Virus record (IMG/VR): IMGVR_UViG_3300045988_001025
Location: 1-5,071 of that record
DNA from: a virus
Strand: one strand, 5' to 3'
Length of the DNA stretch: 5,071 nt
In this document: in pieces, positions 3,990 through 5,071 of the stretch
Layout: every line of letters starts with the position of its first letter
Position numbering within the stretch: the stretch's first letter is position 1
The notes under the pieces: model-generated
What the model was told of the DNA's origin: nothing
The model's database searches: none
The model's input: only the letters and a program-made list of their open reading frames with translations
Program-made: the position numbers and the translations under genes

Positions 3990-4901
3990 ATGGTATGTTA
4001 CAATCCTATACTCATGTACCCAGTCGAAGGAGCGACTACGAAAAATGGAAAACAACATTATAGTTTCTACGGTAGCCTTGCCGCTCACCCTGAGCTTGCT
4101 GGCGATAACCGTTTCATTCGTTGTTCTTGTAAGCAATGTATTGGATGTCGGCTCGAAAACTCTCGTCAATGGGCTGTTAGAGCTGTTCACGAAGCCCGTT
4201 CTTCGTCTTCTGCGTTTTTCGTCACTTGTACTTTTGACGATTATCATTTGCCTGCCGATCATAGCTTAAGCAAGAAATTTCATCAGACTTTCATGAAAAA
4301 TCTTCGTCGTGAGTATGGCAGTGGTATTCGCTTTCTTGGCTGTGGTGAATATGGTGATCTTCATGGTCGTCCCCATTATCATTACATATTGTTTAATATT
4401 GATTTTAGCGACAAAGTTTTTCGGTTCCGTACAGATGGTTATAATACTTATACTTCTTCTCGCTTCGCCACGATATGGAAATACGGTATGCATCTCATTG
4501 GTGATTTTAGCTTCGATTCTGCTGCCTATGTCGCGCGCTATATAGTAAAAAAGCAGACAGGTAAAGATGCTCCTTCTCACTATAATGGTCGCATTCCTGA
4601 ATTCATGGTTGCTTCTAATCGTCCCGGCATAGGTGCTAAATGGCTTGAAGAGCATGGTGAAGAGTGTTATGCTAACGATTATGTTGTTATCAACGGTAAG
4701 AAGATGCGTCCTCCTCGTTATTACGATAAGAAATTCGATGAAACGCATCCTCACTGGATGGAGTATATTCGTAACAACCGTATTGAGAAGATGCTTCATA
4801 ATCTGGAGAACAATACTTTTGAGCGTTTGGTTGACCGTTGCCGTGTTCAGGAAGGTAAGTATAAACATTTTCTTGGTAGAAAACTTGACAAGGTGTTGTG
4901 A
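3990..4901 (+). CDS. VP4: Replication initiation protein VP4, an HUH rolling-circle endonuclease of the phiX174 gpA superfamily.
   Basis: Motif I is FFVTCTF (4215-4235). Motif II (HUH) is HGRPHYHYILF, with H-Y-H at 4374-4382. Motif III is YVARYIVKK (4527-4553), with two Tyr spaced Y-x3-Y as in gpA. I prefer ATG 3990 (MVCYNP..., AGGTGA 3979-3984 5 nt upstream) over the track's GTG 3981, which lies inside that SD. Confidence 0.95.
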   Translation: MVCYNPILMYPVEGATTKNGKQHYSFYGSLAAHPELAGDNRFIRCSCKQCIGCRLENSRQWAVRAVHEARSSSSAFFVTCTFDDYHLPADHSLSKKFHQTFMKNLRREYGSGIRFLGCGEYGDLHGRPHYHYILFNIDFSDKVFRFRTDGYNTYTSSRFATIWKYGMHLIGDFSFDSAAYVARYIVKKQTGKDAPSHYNGRIPEFMVASNRPGIGAKWLEEHGEECYANDYVVINGKKMRPPRYYDKKFDETHPHWMEYIRNNRIEKMLHNLENNTFERLVDRCRVQEGKYKHFLGRKLDKVL

Positions 4902-4913
4902 TTGTGTTATCAT
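4885..4913 (+). promoter_or_regulatory. Sigma70-type promoter overlapping the 3' end of VP4 and reading into the junction ORF / VP5 region.
   Basis: TTGACA (4885-4890, perfect -35) is followed by a 17-nt spacer ending in TGT (4905-4907, extended -10), then TATCAT (4908-4913, 5/6 match). This is the same architecture as the promoter at 3944. The predicted start near 4920 lies just upstream of GAGGTG-ATG at 4926-4934. Confidence 0.6.
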
Positions 4914-4931
4914 TAAGTCAGAAATGAGGTG

Positions 4932-5071
4932 ATGCTTATTAGTGAACTTGAAGCTGTTGAAAAGTTCTGTAGTAATCGTAATATTTTTTTTAATTATTCT
5001 TTTCGCGGAAGCAAATATGCTGCGTACCGCCTTAAACCTGATGATTCTAGAGTTATTCGCCTTGATAATGA
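4932..5071 (+). CDS. N-terminal part of the junction-spanning hypothetical ORF. It runs off the window end and continues at 1..189 on the closed circle.
   Basis: ATG 4932 is preceded by GAGGTG (4926-4931, zero spacing). An in-frame TAA lies at 4914-4916, so the ORF cannot start earlier than GTG 4929. The frame stays open to the window end and is in phase with 1..189. See the entry for 1..189. Confidence 0.4.
   Translation, partial: MLISELEAVEKFCSNRNIFFNYSFRGSKYAAYRLKPDDSRVIRLDN
4983..5071. repeat. Right copy of the 89-nt terminal redundancy (identical to 1..89).
   Basis: Same comparison as for 1..89. Confidence 0.95.

Noticed and set aside
4309-4545. A very hydrophobic 78-aa + strand ORF overprinted in the +1 frame of VP4. 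Similar +1-frame ORFs are 4045..4269, 4633..4932, 1154..1426, 2006..2278 and 2441..2674.
   Set aside because: All of them sit in the frame where the T-rich wobble position of the host gene becomes codon position 2. That composition alone yields Leu/Ile/Val/Phe-rich pseudo-membrane proteins. Four of the six start at GTG, and none has an SD at useful spacing. phiX174 E arose in just this way, so 4309..4545 (ATG start) would be the one to revisit if the 3601 ORF proves not to be the lysis gene.
4266-4913. A 215-aa minus-strand ORF antisense to VP4. The same applies to minus-strand ORFs 3957..4262, 3744..3950, 3117..3341, 2701..2919 and 2275..2700.
   Set aside because: Each lies wholly or almost wholly antisense to a + strand gene with family-specific motifs. 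None has a convincing SD, and the products are low-complexity with no recognisable motif. Microviridae are transcribed from one strand only. Long antisense ORFs are expected when the sense strand is T-rich at third codon positions.
4983-5071. The 89-nt terminal repeat as a biological repeat (LTR-like, prophage att duplication). The window also ends at position-89 equivalent, inside the central region of the dif-like site.
   Set aside because: The repeat is bounded exactly by both window ends and an ORF reads through the junction, which is what a linearised circle with an assembly overlap looks like. The end falling inside the dif-like spacer follows from where the contig happens to start, and without flanking sequence it cannot be tested. 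I treat it as coincidence.
1-5071. tRNA, rRNA, CRISPR array, transposase/IS element, integrase, toxin-antitoxin or defence/anti-defence cassette.
   Set aside because: There are no cloverleaf-capable segments, no spaced direct-repeat arrays and no ORF with recombinase or nuclease motifs other than the HUH Rep. The coding capacity is fully accounted for by the microvirus gene set plus three small ORFs.

Overview
This window is a complete, circularly permuted genome of a gokushovirus-type member of Microviridae, a small ssDNA phage. Positions 1-89 are identical to 4983-5071, so the unit length is 4982 nt and the window closes on itself. All credible genes lie on the + strand and are tightly packed. 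Their order is: a junction-spanning 79-aa ORF (visible only after circularising), a VP5-like small protein, VP3 internal scaffold, VP1 major capsid (TTG start), VP2 pilot/minor capsid, a 79-aa ORF with an N-terminal membrane helix, a 36-aa arginine-rich ORF missing from the ORF track (J/VP8-type DNA-condensing protein, ATGA-coupled), and the VP4 HUH replication initiator. Non-coding signals include two near-consensus sigma70-type promoters (TTGACA-N14-TGn-hexamer), one overlapping the stop codon of the arginine-rich ORF and one covering the last 17 nt of VP4. There is also a strong intrinsic terminator after VP5 followed by a GC-rich island, and two large hairpins between VP3 and VP1. A perfect 16-nt palindrome sits inside the VP1 variable loop, and a dif-like ATAAT-N4-ATTATGT motif could be a XerC/XerD attP. 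The best follow-ups are the dif-like site (possible integrase-free lysogeny), the small proline-containing membrane ORF as a lysis-gene candidate (no gokushovirus lysis gene is established, to my knowledge), and the hairpin whose apical loop carries a phiX174-origin-like ACTTGAT core. I found no tRNA, rRNA, CRISPR, transposase or integrase. The minus-strand and +1-frame ORFs in the track are explained as composition artefacts. All family assignments rest on remembered motifs and need HMM or BLAST confirmation.
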